Below are positions 10,616 to 19,574 of a stretch of 39,718 nt of DNA, one piece after another. The stretch spans positions 1 to 39,718 of the forward strand of contig CAYSOH010000001.1 in the NCBI GenBank assembly GCA_964432625.1. Direction: 5' to 3'. Numbering within the stretch: the first letter of the stretch is position 1; the number at the start of each line of letters is the position of its first letter. The notes under the pieces were generated by a model that was not told where the DNA came from, did not search any database, and saw nothing but the letters and a program-made list of their open reading frames with translations. The position numbers were made by a program, and so were the translations under genes. The DNA comes from an uncultured archaeon. Its GTDB lineage: Archaea; Thermoplasmatota; Poseidoniia; MGIII; CG-Epi1.

Positions 10616-11231
10616 TTATCGTCTCCTTTGAAACCACAGATATCGTATCTATCATATTCCTAGTCTGAGTTTCAATCTCTAGATTAATAGAATCTCCAAC
10701 CTCTTTACTTCCTAGATTTGTCAAACGCAAGGTCTCTGGAATCAAATAAACACTAAAACGATTGTCGGAACGGTTGACTTCACCAACCGTCAAACTGACA
10801 CCGTTCAGAGCAATGTATCCTTTAGTAAAGACGTATCGAATTACTTCTGAATTGGTCTGGAAAGTAATGACATGGTTGTTTTCAGGCTTGTCGATTTGGC
10901 AGATTGTAACCACATCAGAGACATGACCTGAAACTAAGTGACCACCAATCTCATCTCCTAGCTTTACCGATCTTTCAACATTCACAATATCATTCTCTTT
11001 TACATTATTCAGAGTAGTTACATCCAATGTCTCCATCATGACATCAAAACCCAAACAGTTAGACTCAATGGATGAAGTTGTTAGGCAGACTCCATCGACG
11101 CACACGCTACCTCCAATCTGCAAACCTGAAGAAAAATCAGGGGATGCCTCAATCTCCACTCTGTAAAGCCCTGTTTCTTTCGTAACACGAGAAACGACAG
11201 CTGTGCCTTCAACTATTCCTGAAAATACCAT
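10608..11231 (-). CDS. ribE: riboflavin synthase, bacterial/eukaryal two-barrel type
   Basis: MVFSGIVEGTA...GGSVCVDGVCLT...METLDVTTL, repeated in the second half as GHVSDV...IALNGVSLTV...PETLRLTNLG. Confidence 0.9.
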   Translation of the reverse strand: MVFSGIVEGTAVVSRVTKETGLYRVEIEASPDFSSGLQIGGSVCVDGVCLTTSSIESNCLGFDVMMETLDVTTLNNVKENDIVNVERSVKLGDEIGGHLVSGHVSDVVTICQIDKPENNHVITFQTNSEVIRYVFTKGYIALNGVSLTVGEVNRSDNRFSVYLIPETLRLTNLGSKEVGDSINLEIETQTRNMIDTISVVSKETING

Positions 11232-11237
11232 GAGACC

Positions 11238-11678
11238 TCATTCTGAACCATATTTCTTTTGATAAATTTTAATTATCTTTGAAATTATCTTTCGTGAACC
11301 TGCCAAATCCTGCTCCATTTCAGGCAAACGAACAACCTTGACTTTCAAACCTCGTTCAAGAAGTCTGGATTCAAGTTCTTCCCTAGTAAACAATCTTTGA
11401 TCATAACCTAAAGCAATAACGTCTGGCTTTATCTCTTCTACAATTATGTCAAGCATATTGCCTGTTCTTCCAATAACTGTCTGATCAACTGGTTTTAGAT
11501 GAGAAACAACCTCAGCTCTCATTTCATCAGACAAAATCGGTTCACCTTTCATTTTTCTTACGGTATCATCGTTAGCTACTATAACCACTAATTCATCCCC
11601 GTGTTCCTTAGCTGCGTTCAAAAAATGTGCATGTCCTGAATGGATTATGTCAAAGACTCCGGTAGCTACTACTTTCAT
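11238..11678 (-). CDS. ribL: FAD synthetase (archaeal RibL, cytidylyltransferase fold)
   Basis: MKVVATGVFDIIHSGHAHFL...ELVVIVANDDTV. I place the start at ATG 11678..11676, which overlaps the ribB TGA (ATGA). The track ORF extends to 11738. Confidence 0.85.
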   Translation of the reverse strand: MKVVATGVFDIIHSGHAHFLNAAKEHGDELVVIVANDDTVRKMKGEPILSDEMRAEVVSHLKPVDQTVIGRTGNMLDIIVEEIKPDVIALGYDQRLFTREELESRLLERGLKVKVVRLPEMEQDLAGSRKIISKIIKIYQKKYGSE

Positions 11679-12367
11679 TGGCACTCCTCCACAATTTGTC
11701 GGCCCTCTAAAAACAAGTGGCCCCTTTCTTCTGCCCATTCACGGGCTTCTTCTGGTGATAAAGCCTTACCATTATCAGATAACATCTCGCAGCCCAATGC
11801 CACTGGGTTGAGGTCAGCATATTTCATAAGTGCAACAATCAACTCTGTGTGCCCTTGCCTTCCCTTTAGAACTTCTTTATCTGCAATACAGACAGGAACA
11901 TGCCCTGGTATTCGAAAGCTGTTCGCCAAGTTCAATCTTGCTACTTCTTCTGGTAAATTTATAGAATCCTCTACAATTTCTGCAAATGATCTAGCTGTAA
12001 GCGACCTGTCATCATCTGTTATGCCTGTAAAAGTGTCCTTATGGTTTATGAACAAAGAGAATGAAGAGCGTGTATCATATGGCAATGAATGACTTAGCAT
12101 AGTATCAACAGAATCAAATCCTTTGGAATCTCTAATCAATGAACTATACATATCCTGTGCAAAGGGTAAGCCCAACTTCTCCGATGCTAGGTAAGATGAT
12201 GCAAGGAATACCATTCCTCCTCCTTCTTTTCTTAGAAACCTAACGTTGTCTGAATTGACTTGTTTGGCTGAAAAGAATATGTCTGTTTCACCCTCTCTAC
12301 TAGAATCATCGAATATCAGAATTGGATCTCCTCTAGTAAGAATTTTTGAAATATCTTCAATTGGCAA
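11675..12367 (-). CDS. ribB: 3,4-dihydroxy-2-butanone 4-phosphate synthase
   Basis: ILIFDDSSREGETDIFF, GGGMVFLA, SSFSLFINHKDTFTGITDDDR, FRIPGHV, GRQGHTEL. Confidence 0.9.
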   Translation of the reverse strand: MPIEDISKILTRGDPILIFDDSSREGETDIFFSAKQVNSDNVRFLRKEGGGMVFLASSYLASEKLGLPFAQDMYSSLIRDSKGFDSVDTMLSHSLPYDTRSSFSLFINHKDTFTGITDDDRSLTARSFAEIVEDSINLPEEVARLNLANSFRIPGHVPVCIADKEVLKGRQGHTELIVALMKYADLNPVALGCEMLSDNGKALSPEEAREWAEERGHLFLEGRQIVEECQ

Positions 12368-12458
12368 TATACTCTTATTTATCGTTATTTTTATCCCTCA
12401 CAAAAGTTTAACTTTAGTGCTTGCATTAAATAATTGTGTATATACTCAAAAATGAGTA

Positions 12459-13013
12459 TTAAGATAAATCGTAGACTGCTCTATCTAATCTAGCTGAAGA
12501 GGTAGCTTTTTGGCTGATATATCTTGTACAAGAAAGATCTCCTGCAACTAATTTAACTATCATCAAAGAACCTGGGTCTCTATTACAAATTAGGGGATCC
12601 TTATCCGGAGAAGTATAAAGATCATATCCTCCCCATTCCTGCTTCCAACCTTCTGTAAAATCATAAGCTACTACTAGTCTTTCAGCTTCTGATTCCTCAG
12701 CATGAAGGAGGGAATAATCACCGGCAGAATATGAAATATGATTTGTCGATCGGAGCTTTGGTTTCAAACCTGTGGAATCTCTAAGAAACTCTATAAATTC
12801 GGAAGAATTCCAAAAACTCTCAAGAATAGCTTTACCTTCATCACGATTATAATATCCTATTTTCTCTTTTCTACTCAATTTTGACTCTTTGGTATCTGAA
12901 AGCGGTTCTAGAAATTTTGACAGGCGGATAAAAGGGATGTCGCCGGAACCAAAGATTCTTTTCAGATTTAGAAGTGTGGGTTTCTCTAGATAATAGAAAT
13001 TCATCTCAGCCAT
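12459..13013 (-). CDS. OGFOD1/Tpa1/Ofd1 C-terminal (non-catalytic DSBH) domain-like protein
   Basis: GDYSLLHAEE, EGWKQEWGGYDLY and SLMIVKL...TRYISQKA resemble the C-terminal domain of OGFOD1 as I recall it. The ATG overlaps the stop of the catalytic-domain ORF by 8 nt. Confidence 0.5.
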   Translation of the reverse strand: MAEMNFYYLEKPTLLNLKRIFGSGDIPFIRLSKFLEPLSDTKESKLSRKEKIGYYNRDEGKAILESFWNSSEFIEFLRDSTGLKPKLRSTNHISYSAGDYSLLHAEESEAERLVVAYDFTEGWKQEWGGYDLYTSPDKDPLICNRDPGSLMIVKLVAGDLSCTRYISQKATSSARLDRAVYDLS

Positions 13014-13581
13014 GGTACCACCCCGTTACTGTCAATCTCTGTATATCCATCAAGATTTCACTAACCTCATGCCAGGAGTGGTCTGAGACTTCAAACATTA
13101 TCAAAGAATTATACTCGGGAATTATACTGTCAACCAATTTGGATTTGCCTTTATCATCAGCTTCAAATACGTTAAGTGCGCCACCCATTTCTTCAGTGAT
13201 TTCTGGAGTAAGGTGTAAACTGTAGGCAATAATGCGCCCTTCTACCTGATCATCGTGTGGAAGAAGAAAATCTCCTAAACCATAAACGTAAGCGGCCATA
13301 TCTATATTTGATAATTCTTTAACATTGAAAGACTTAGAAACTTTTTCACGCCAAGGTTTGTCGCCTAAATCATCACGTAGAATATTGATTGCTGGATGAT
13401 TGATATCTGTCAATTCCACACTTGCCCAGTAGCTAAACAAATCTGACTCCTTGAAATCGTATTCCAATCCTGCTAGAGCATCAATAACCAAGTCTAAGGT
13501 TGGCGCATCAAGAAAGTCTCGGACGACAACGTGTGGAAACGGCTTTGATTTAATTTTTGGAATTTTGTCTGCGTTACGCAT
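13006..13581 (-). CDS. 2-oxoglutarate/Fe(II) oxygenase, OGFOD1/Tpa1-like catalytic domain
   Basis: PFPHVVVRDFL, DLFSYWASVEL, LLPHDDQVEGRIIAYSLHL (HxD), NSLIMFEVSDHSWHEVSEI (distal His), RLTVTGWYHG. Confidence 0.75.
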   Translation of the reverse strand: MRNADKIPKIKSKPFPHVVVRDFLDAPTLDLVIDALAGLEYDFKESDLFSYWASVELTDINHPAINILRDDLGDKPWREKVSKSFNVKELSNIDMAAYVYGLGDFLLPHDDQVEGRIIAYSLHLTPEITEEMGGALNVFEADDKGKSKLVDSIIPEYNSLIMFEVSDHSWHEVSEILMDIQRLTVTGWYHG

Positions 13582-14530
13582 CGTTCCTCCTTAGCCAGTT
13601 TAACATTCCTTCAACCGAACCCAAGTGTGTAGCTGTTTGATGAACTCCGTGATTCATATCTGTCTTCCTAAGGCCAGGTCTAGCATCAAATAAAATATTG
13701 ACTATTTCATCAACTGAATAATTTTTTCTATGACCTTCTTCGACAATCTCCATCCAAATCTCAAATTCAGATTTTACTTGAGATAACGCTCCTTCGGCTG
13801 GCCTAGGTCCAAAATGTGTATAGTGAATGTATTCCAATTCAAGCTTTGACATTCTGTCAATACTATCAAGTGCTAGATCATGGCGGTAATATCCTGGAGT
13901 TACAGGAAATGAAGTATTCAAATCAGAATACCATAATCCTAGAGAATCACCAACAAACGCCTCATCACCATAAACCCATGTTATGTGATGTGGAGCATGA
14001 CCTGGAGTATGAAGTGCCACCAATGATGTTTTCCCAAGTGACAATTCATAACCATCCTCTGCTGAAATTAGATTTGATTCCGATATTGGAATAGGTTTAC
14101 CATAAAGTTCAGCAATTTTGCCTAAAAAATCTACGCTTCCTTTCCACCAATTATCTATATTCGATACATGTTTGTATGCTTTAGGATGTACAACTGCTTT
14201 AGCATTAGGGCATAAATTCATTATATGTCCACCACCGCCAAAATGATCCAGATGGATGTGTGTAGGTACAACATAATCTACATCTTCTAAACCAATACCT
14301 ATAGAATTTAGGCCTTGTACTAGATTTGAGGTTGAACTAGCGGGGCCTGTCTCTATAAGAACAGTTTTTTCATCTATAATCACATAGACTGATACGAAAT
14401 TCTTCTCTCCATGAGGCATAACATCAAACCAAAACACGCTATCGCTATGTTTGTTTATTGATGGAGACACAAACAATCTATAGAAAAGGGGTTTAAGTTG
14501 ACCGACGGCCTTATAGTGGGCTATTGGCAT
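13574..14530 (-). CDS. MBL-fold metallo-hydrolase
   Basis: [15 protein letters not shown] (HxHxDH), [20 protein letters not shown]. Confidence 0.8.
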   Translation of the reverse strand: MPIAHYKAVGQLKPLFYRLFVSPSINKHSDSVFWFDVMPHGEKNFVSVYVIIDEKTVLIETGPASSTSNLVQGLNSIGIGLEDVDYVVPTHIHLDHFGGGGHIMNLCPNAKAVVHPKAYKHVSNIDNWWKGSVDFLGKIAELYGKPIPISESNLISAEDGYELSLGKTSLVALHTPGHAPHHITWVYGDEAFVGDSLGLWYSDLNTSFPVTPGYYRHDLALDSIDRMSKLELEYIHYTHFGPRPAEGALSQVKSEFEIWMEIVEEGHRKNYSVDEIVNILFDARPGLRKTDMNHGVHQTATHLGSVEGMLNWLRRNDA

Positions 14531-14550
14531 GTATTAGCCCGTTGAGTCAA

Positions 14551-16149
14551 ATGAAGTACATAATTGTGACCGGCGGTGTCCTTTCAGGCCTAGGTAAAGG
14601 CATAACTTCTTCTTCAACTGGCCTCTTATTACAATGTGCCGGGTATGAAGTCACGGCTGTAAAAATTGATCCTTATCTGAATGTAGATGCTGGAACAATG
14701 AACCCTTATGAACACGGTGAAGTCTTTGTAATGACTGACGGTTCTGAAGTCGATTTAGATCTTGGAAATTACGAAAGATTCTTACGATGTAATCTCACTA
14801 GTGAACACAACATAACTACCGGGAAAGTTTACAAAAAAGTTATAGAAAAAGAGAGGCGTGGTGATTACCTAGGGCAGACTGTACAAATTATACCACATAT
14901 TGTGAGAGAGATTGTAGATGGGATAAAAAATGCAGCAAAGGATGCTAAAGCCGATGTTTGTTTAATAGAATTAGGGGGGACTGTGGGAGACATCGAATCT
15001 ATGCCCTTTATGGAAGCTGCGCGCCTGTTAGGACGTGAGGAGGGACGTGAAAATGTGATGTTCATCCACACAACATTGGTACCTGTCTTGGGTTCAGTTG
15101 GTGAGCAGAAAACAAAACCTACACAGCATTCTGTAAAGGAACTACAGGGACTTGGAATTAGACCTGACGTAATAGTTGGAAGAAGTGACAAAGTCCTAGA
15201 CGAGGATATAGCATCCAAAATCGCATTTTTTGCAGATATACCGAGAGAAGCTGTAATTTCAGCACCTGATGCGAAGAGTATCTATGAAGTTCCATTAATA
15301 TTCCTAAAACAAAAATTTCCTGAATTGATAGAAAACAGACTTGGTCTCAAAACCAAGAAACCTGATGTAAAAAAATGGACAGATTTTGTAAATCGTATAA
15401 CAAATGGTGGTGAAGAGGTTGAAATTGCAATTATTGGAAAATACACTTCCCTAAAGGATTCCTATATCTCACATGAAGAAACACTGAGATATGCTGGTGC
15501 TGTTTTAGGTTGCAAAGTCAAGATAAGATGGATTGAAGCCCCAGATCTTGAAGATTCAGGGAGCACAGAGATGCTTGAAGGAGTACATGGTGTTATTGTT
15601 CCAGGAGGATTTGGAAAGAGAGGATCTGAAGGTAAAATAATGAGTGCGGGGTGGGCAAGAGAAAATCAAGTACCATACTTGGGTGTCTGTTTCGGTTTCC
15701 AATTAGCTACTGTAGAATTTTGTAGAAATGTATTAGGTCTAAAAGGTGCTAATTCCTCAGAATTAGACCCAGATGGACCGCACTCCGTTGTTGATATTCT
15801 TCCTGAACAAGAAGGCATAAAGGATATGGGAGCCACAATGCGACTTGGTGATCATGAAGTGATTGTCTCAAATGGAAAAGCAAAAGAACTATACGGTAAA
15901 GATGTCATATCCGAGAGACATCGGCACAGATATGAAATAAATCCTGAATATATTGAAAAAATAGAATCTAATGGGATGAAATACACAGGAAGAAATTCAA
16001 GTGGTAGGAGGATGGAAATACTAGAATTGGAAGATCATCCATACTTTGTTGCCTCTCAATTTCATCCTGAATTTAAGTCACGACCAGATGAACCGTCACC
16101 ATTGCATCTCGGTCTAGTTAAGGCAGCTCTGGAGAAAAAGAATAACTGA
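14551..16149 (+). CDS. pyrG: CTP synthase
   Basis: [48 protein letters not shown], GATase block GVCFGFQ...HRHRYE. I use ATG 14551; the track TTG at 14524 would overlap the divergent gene. Confidence 0.95.
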   Translation: MKYIIVTGGVLSGLGKGITSSSTGLLLQCAGYEVTAVKIDPYLNVDAGTMNPYEHGEVFVMTDGSEVDLDLGNYERFLRCNLTSEHNITTGKVYKKVIEKERRGDYLGQTVQIIPHIVREIVDGIKNAAKDAKADVCLIELGGTVGDIESMPFMEAARLLGREEGRENVMFIHTTLVPVLGSVGEQKTKPTQHSVKELQGLGIRPDVIVGRSDKVLDEDIASKIAFFADIPREAVISAPDAKSIYEVPLIFLKQKFPELIENRLGLKTKKPDVKKWTDFVNRITNGGEEVEIAIIGKYTSLKDSYISHEETLRYAGAVLGCKVKIRWIEAPDLEDSGSTEMLEGVHGVIVPGGFGKRGSEGKIMSAGWARENQVPYLGVCFGFQLATVEFCRNVLGLKGANSSELDPDGPHSVVDILPEQEGIKDMGATMRLGDHEVIVSNGKAKELYGKDVISERHRHRYEINPEYIEKIESNGMKYTGRNSSGRRMEILELEDHPYFVASQFHPEFKSRPDEPSPLHLGLVKAALEKKNN

Positions 16150-16192
16150 TTCTCAAGGGCAAGCTTATTAAGCCTCAATTTCTGGCCTCAAT

Positions 16193-16507
16193 ATGTCCGA
16201 CGACGATGATAACGGCGGAGACTTCCAAGATTTCAAGGGTAGCCCTGACCCTTCCGAAGGAGGAATAACAATGAATGAAATCATTACTTCCCTAGGTGCG
16301 GTAATGATTATTGGAGGATTTGTACTGGGTTTGATACGACTAATGGCTCTTAATGGAGGAGTCAGTGGAAGCGAGAATTACAATAGCGATTTAGAACAAT
16401 TATACTTAAGTTATGTAATAATGTTTATTGGAATGATTATAACTTCGTTCATGGGCTTCGGTGGAATGTTCAAGAGAGCAGTTTCATCTTTCTTCTCAAG
16501 TGAGTAA
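16193..16507 (+). CDS. small membrane protein with acidic N-terminus (hypothetical)
   Basis: MSDDDDNGGDF followed by two hydrophobic helices. No recognisable family. Confidence 0.4.
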   Translation: MSDDDDNGGDFQDFKGSPDPSEGGITMNEIITSLGAVMIIGGFVLGLIRLMALNGGVSGSENYNSDLEQLYLSYVIMFIGMIITSFMGFGGMFKRAVSSFFSSE

Positions 16508-16511
16508 GAAG

Positions 16512-16895
16512 TTAGAAAGATACGGTTTGGTCAAGGCGTACGTTCATAGTTCCATCACTGATTTCAATAGTATAGACGAACGTAGTGGTATCACTCGAAG
16601 CTGAAGTTAAATCAAAATAAAGGGAATAACCTTTTGATGCGAAAAGAGACTCGAATGTCTCAGCTGTGGTATCAAAGGAGGTTTCTAAACTTGTACCTGA
16701 TTCTGCATTATCAACTTCATACTCTAGGGCCAATGGAAAATCATCCACTATAGTGCTCAACAGAGGAGTTAGATCGTGCCTCTCTCCCTGGTGAGTAGAG
16801 ATATTCACTGAATGTGTTATTGTACTACTAACTGCAATTATAGTAATTGTCATCAAAAGACCGGAAATCAACAATAATTGTGCGTTATCTTTCAT
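16512..16895 (-). CDS. pilin-like/minor pilus subunit candidate (N-terminal hydrophobic helix)
   Basis: MKDNAQLLLISGLLMTITIIAVSS followed by a Ser/Thr-rich beta-type domain. The ATG shares one nt with the upstream TGA. Last gene of the pilus locus. Confidence 0.45.
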   Translation of the reverse strand: MKDNAQLLLISGLLMTITIIAVSSTITHSVNISTHQGERHDLTPLLSTIVDDFPLALEYEVDNAESGTSLETSFDTTAETFESLFASKGYSLYFDLTSASSDTTTFVYTIEISDGTMNVRLDQTVSF

Positions 16896-17347
16896 CAATC
16901 CTCTCTATACCCATACCATAATTTCAGATTCAAATCCCAAACTTCATCATCTGCCCAAACTATTCTAAAAGCTTGAACAACTGATCCAGACGGGACTTCA
17001 CGATCAACAATAACTTCTGTTTGACCTCCATGTGTTGCTTCTAATCTGTAAGAAACGGATGGTGGTAAGCCTGCATCCAGATACTGTTTGATAGATGCAT
17101 CATCGCCTGTTGCCAGCCACCAAGCTAGAGTTGAACCATCATGTTCTGCCGCCACAGCAGCGTCCGAAGGTTGCCAAGTATCAAGCATTTCAAGAATCTC
17201 AAGACCTGAAAAATAAAGATCGTTTTCCTCAACGTTATTAGCATCACTCGTTGGCAGAATATTTACCGCTACATTGATAGCTGAGGTGAAAAGGGTTGCA
17301 ACCAACAGGACCTCCAGCACATGCATTTGCCCCTTGGTATCATTCAT
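16895..17347 (-). CDS. pilin-like protein with KGQ-type class-III signal candidate
   Basis: MNDTKGQMHVLEVLLVATLFTSAINV resembles the archaeal KGQ...E prepilin N-terminus, with the Glu one position off the usual +5. Confidence 0.5.
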   Translation of the reverse strand: MNDTKGQMHVLEVLLVATLFTSAINVAVNILPTSDANNVEENDLYFSGLEILEMLDTWQPSDAAVAAEHDGSTLAWWLATGDDASIKQYLDAGLPPSVSYRLEATHGGQTEVIVDREVPSGSVVQAFRIVWADDEVWDLNLKLWYGYRED

Positions 17348-17364
17348 ATTAAATTAAACCTCAA

Positions 17365-18627
17365 CTAAATCTGAGGAGTGACCATAGATGTTCCAATTCC
17401 TACCATTTCAAAGACGAACCAGCCAACTAGAAGTAAAGCTGAAGCACGAATAAATGCTGAATATAATCTACCAGATGCCATGAAACCTGCAGCAAGGCCA
17501 TTACCAATTCCTTGTACTATCAGACTGTAAAGAAAAATCGTAGAAATCCATACTTCATTTATCTCTCTAATTGTTAAATTTCCAATTGACATTGAACCTT
17601 GGCCTCCTGTAGCTGCTGATGAATCGACGATAGCTGGAATAAAAGTCGAAGCTAGAACAAGAATAATACCTAGATAAACAAAGAATGAAGCATAAATGAC
17701 GGTTACATAACTTCCTACTTCCTGCCTTCTCTCAGTCTCCAGAGCTTTGATTTCTCTGGCATCATATGACGCAGCCAAAAGAATATCTGAAATACGGCCT
17801 CCTGCACGATTTGCTTCATCAACCATCCTTACTGCTCTGGTAACAATAGGTGAAGTTACACGTTCAGTAAACATCTCTAGAACTTCGCCAAAGGATACTC
17901 CCCAAGAAATTTGTGAAGCCATTTTGTTAACCTCGTCATTTAGATTACCATACTCACCCTTAGCAAGAGTCTGAATAGCGACCGTCATACTTAGACCTCC
18001 TTTCCAATATTCTGCAAGATCTCTCAAGAAGTCTGGGAATTTGTCCTCTACACGTGCCCTAATCTGGTCTCTCCTCCAACCATAAATTCCATAAGGTAGC
18101 ATCAAACTGACCAAACCAAACACAACGTAATCTATCGCAGATATCTCAGGATAGCTTCTGTACCATGTATTGGCCGACATTTCCATCTCTATACCATCAA
18201 CACCTGGGGCACTATCCTTAGATTCATTTGACAAAAACGGCCAATCTTCTTGCTTATCAACAAGGCCAAGACTAGTTATAGCGTCAATTGCACCATTCCC
18301 CTCACTACCTATAGTTTCATCATAAGTAATTCCAAAAGTAAATGAAAAATCACCATCATTCATATGCCAAGGATTGTCAAACTGTTTGTCATAATCTCCA
18401 TCAATTACGAGTGTAGCCTTATCCGTATTGTAATTTACATTAGCAATAAGAAAGAAGAAAATCGCAAAAATAATGGAAAAGAAAACAACAACAACTGGAC
18501 CCCAATCGAAAGTCTTGTCCCTTACGTTTAGCCAGCGAGATACCTTGCTGTATTCCATCCAGCGTCTGTGAACACCGGTACGCTGATCTTGGTAACTCTT
18601 CTTTTGTAAATTACCTTTGATAGTCAT
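17365..18627 (-). CDS. type II secretion system F-domain platform protein (FlaJ/TadC-like, second half) with extracytoplasmic insert
   Basis: FPDFLRDLAEYWKGGLSMTVAIQTLA...VSFGEVLEMF...RAVRMVDEANRAGGRISDIL followed by three TM helices. An insert of about 90 aa lies between TM1 and TM2. Confidence 0.8.
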   Translation of the reverse strand: MTIKGNLQKKSYQDQRTGVHRRWMEYSKVSRWLNVRDKTFDWGPVVVVFFSIIFAIFFFLIANVNYNTDKATLVIDGDYDKQFDNPWHMNDGDFSFTFGITYDETIGSEGNGAIDAITSLGLVDKQEDWPFLSNESKDSAPGVDGIEMEMSANTWYRSYPEISAIDYVVFGLVSLMLPYGIYGWRRDQIRARVEDKFPDFLRDLAEYWKGGLSMTVAIQTLAKGEYGNLNDEVNKMASQISWGVSFGEVLEMFTERVTSPIVTRAVRMVDEANRAGGRISDILLAASYDAREIKALETERRQEVGSYVTVIYASFFVYLGIILVLASTFIPAIVDSSAATGGQGSMSIGNLTIREINEVWISTIFLYSLIVQGIGNGLAAGFMASGRLYSAFIRASALLLVGWFVFEMVGIGTSMVTPQI

Positions 18628-19574
18628 TAATCAGTTGACACCTCCTGACTCAGAGCATAAAATAAACCAGAAAATACAATCTGAATTATTGGAAAACCGC
18701 CAAAAACTAAGAGATACATGTGTTCCCGCTCAAGCTTCATTCCAGAACCTGAAACCCAGAAAGTAATAACTGCTATAATCATCGCAAAAATCGGCAAAGC
18801 GACCGCAACAACAACATAGGCCTCAGAAAAAAGCGCCATCTGCTGTAATACATCCTTGACATGCACGCGGTTTTGCTGTGCATAATATTCTGACCTATTC
18901 AAGAAATATAATTTGAGATTACCTCCTGATGTAACCGTACCTATGATTCCCTGAAGGAATTCAGCAAATCTCTCAGAAGGAGTTCTATCTACTGCTTCTT
19001 TCAAAGTCGTAACCAAATCACGCCCTATGAATTCCATACTATGATATATCCAAGCTGCATCGTTGGAAATTTCACCGTAAATATCTTTGTTTCTAGCAAG
19101 TGACTTGAAAGTCTGAGATGGAGTTGCATTAGCTGCTGCCATAGCTGATACATAACTTGCAGCGAATGGTAATTGTCTGTCCATATTAGTTGCTCGACTT
19201 CCCTCCATAAATGCTGGAGTAAGCCACTGAACAAGACCAACTAGTATAGGTAGAGCCAAAACCAAGACGGCTCCAACAATTATTTCTACGGTTTGAGAAA
19301 TTTCAAAATTCTCACCTGTGTTTGGGTCTTCCATTCCTCTTAATTCAGGAAAAAGAAATCCCACAAGAAATAGAGTGAAAACCAAACCACCTAGAAATGT
19401 CATTATGACTTGCATGATAGAAGTGGAAACGTAATCCTCTGCAAGAAGGGGGATTCTGGCTTTGACAAGTTGATTTCTAAGTTGTAGAGAATCTTTGGTC
19501 AGCATACGGCCTAACCAACCTAGTAAAACTCTACTAAATGTCTCAAAACCGGTCAGAGCCATTTGTGCCACCAA
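18627..19574 (-). CDS. type II secretion system F-domain platform protein (FlaJ/TadC-like, first half)
   Basis: LPFAASYVSAMAAANATPSQTFKSLA...LKEAVDRTPSERFAEFLQGIIGTVTSGGNLKLYF plus TM helices. Its TAA overlaps the next ATG (TAATG). The start may instead be ATG 19562. Confidence 0.8.
   Translation of the reverse strand: MVAQMALTGFETFSRVLLGWLGRMLTKDSLQLRNQLVKARIPLLAEDYVSTSIMQVIMTFLGGLVFTLFLVGFLFPELRGMEDPNTGENFEISQTVEIIVGAVLVLALPILVGLVQWLTPAFMEGSRATNMDRQLPFAASYVSAMAAANATPSQTFKSLARNKDIYGEISNDAAWIYHSMEFIGRDLVTTLKEAVDRTPSERFAEFLQGIIGTVTSGGNLKLYFLNRSEYYAQQNRVHVKDVLQQMALFSEAYVVVAVALPIFAMIIAVITFWVSGSGMKLEREHMYLLVFGGFPIIQIVFSGLFYALSQEVSTD

Noticed and set aside
11640-12092. The 150-aa plus-strand ORF, and similar long antisense ORFs at 14865..15218, 25247..25576, 30934..31311, 33720..34109, 36440..36751, 9018..9299 and 2077..2591.
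   Set aside because: Each is embedded antisense in a confidently identified gene (ribB, pyrG, rps15, the cyt b-SUIV/CCG genes, cca, the regulator, the RND gene, the oxidoreductase). Each has skewed, low-complexity composition (Ser/Pro/Cys-rich).
12368-12458. An FMN riboswitch upstream of ribB.
   Set aside because: The 91-nt spacer is shorter than an FMN aptamer. It is very AT-rich, and I could see none of the conserved GC-rich helices.
13006-13013. The OGFOD1-like split as a simple frameshift pseudogene.
   Set aside because: Not fully excluded. However, the break falls exactly at the domain boundary (after the ...GWYHG end of the catalytic domain). The second ORF has its own ATG, and the 8-nt overlap is the same style seen between other intact genes here. 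I therefore annotate two genes and flag the junction for read-level checking.
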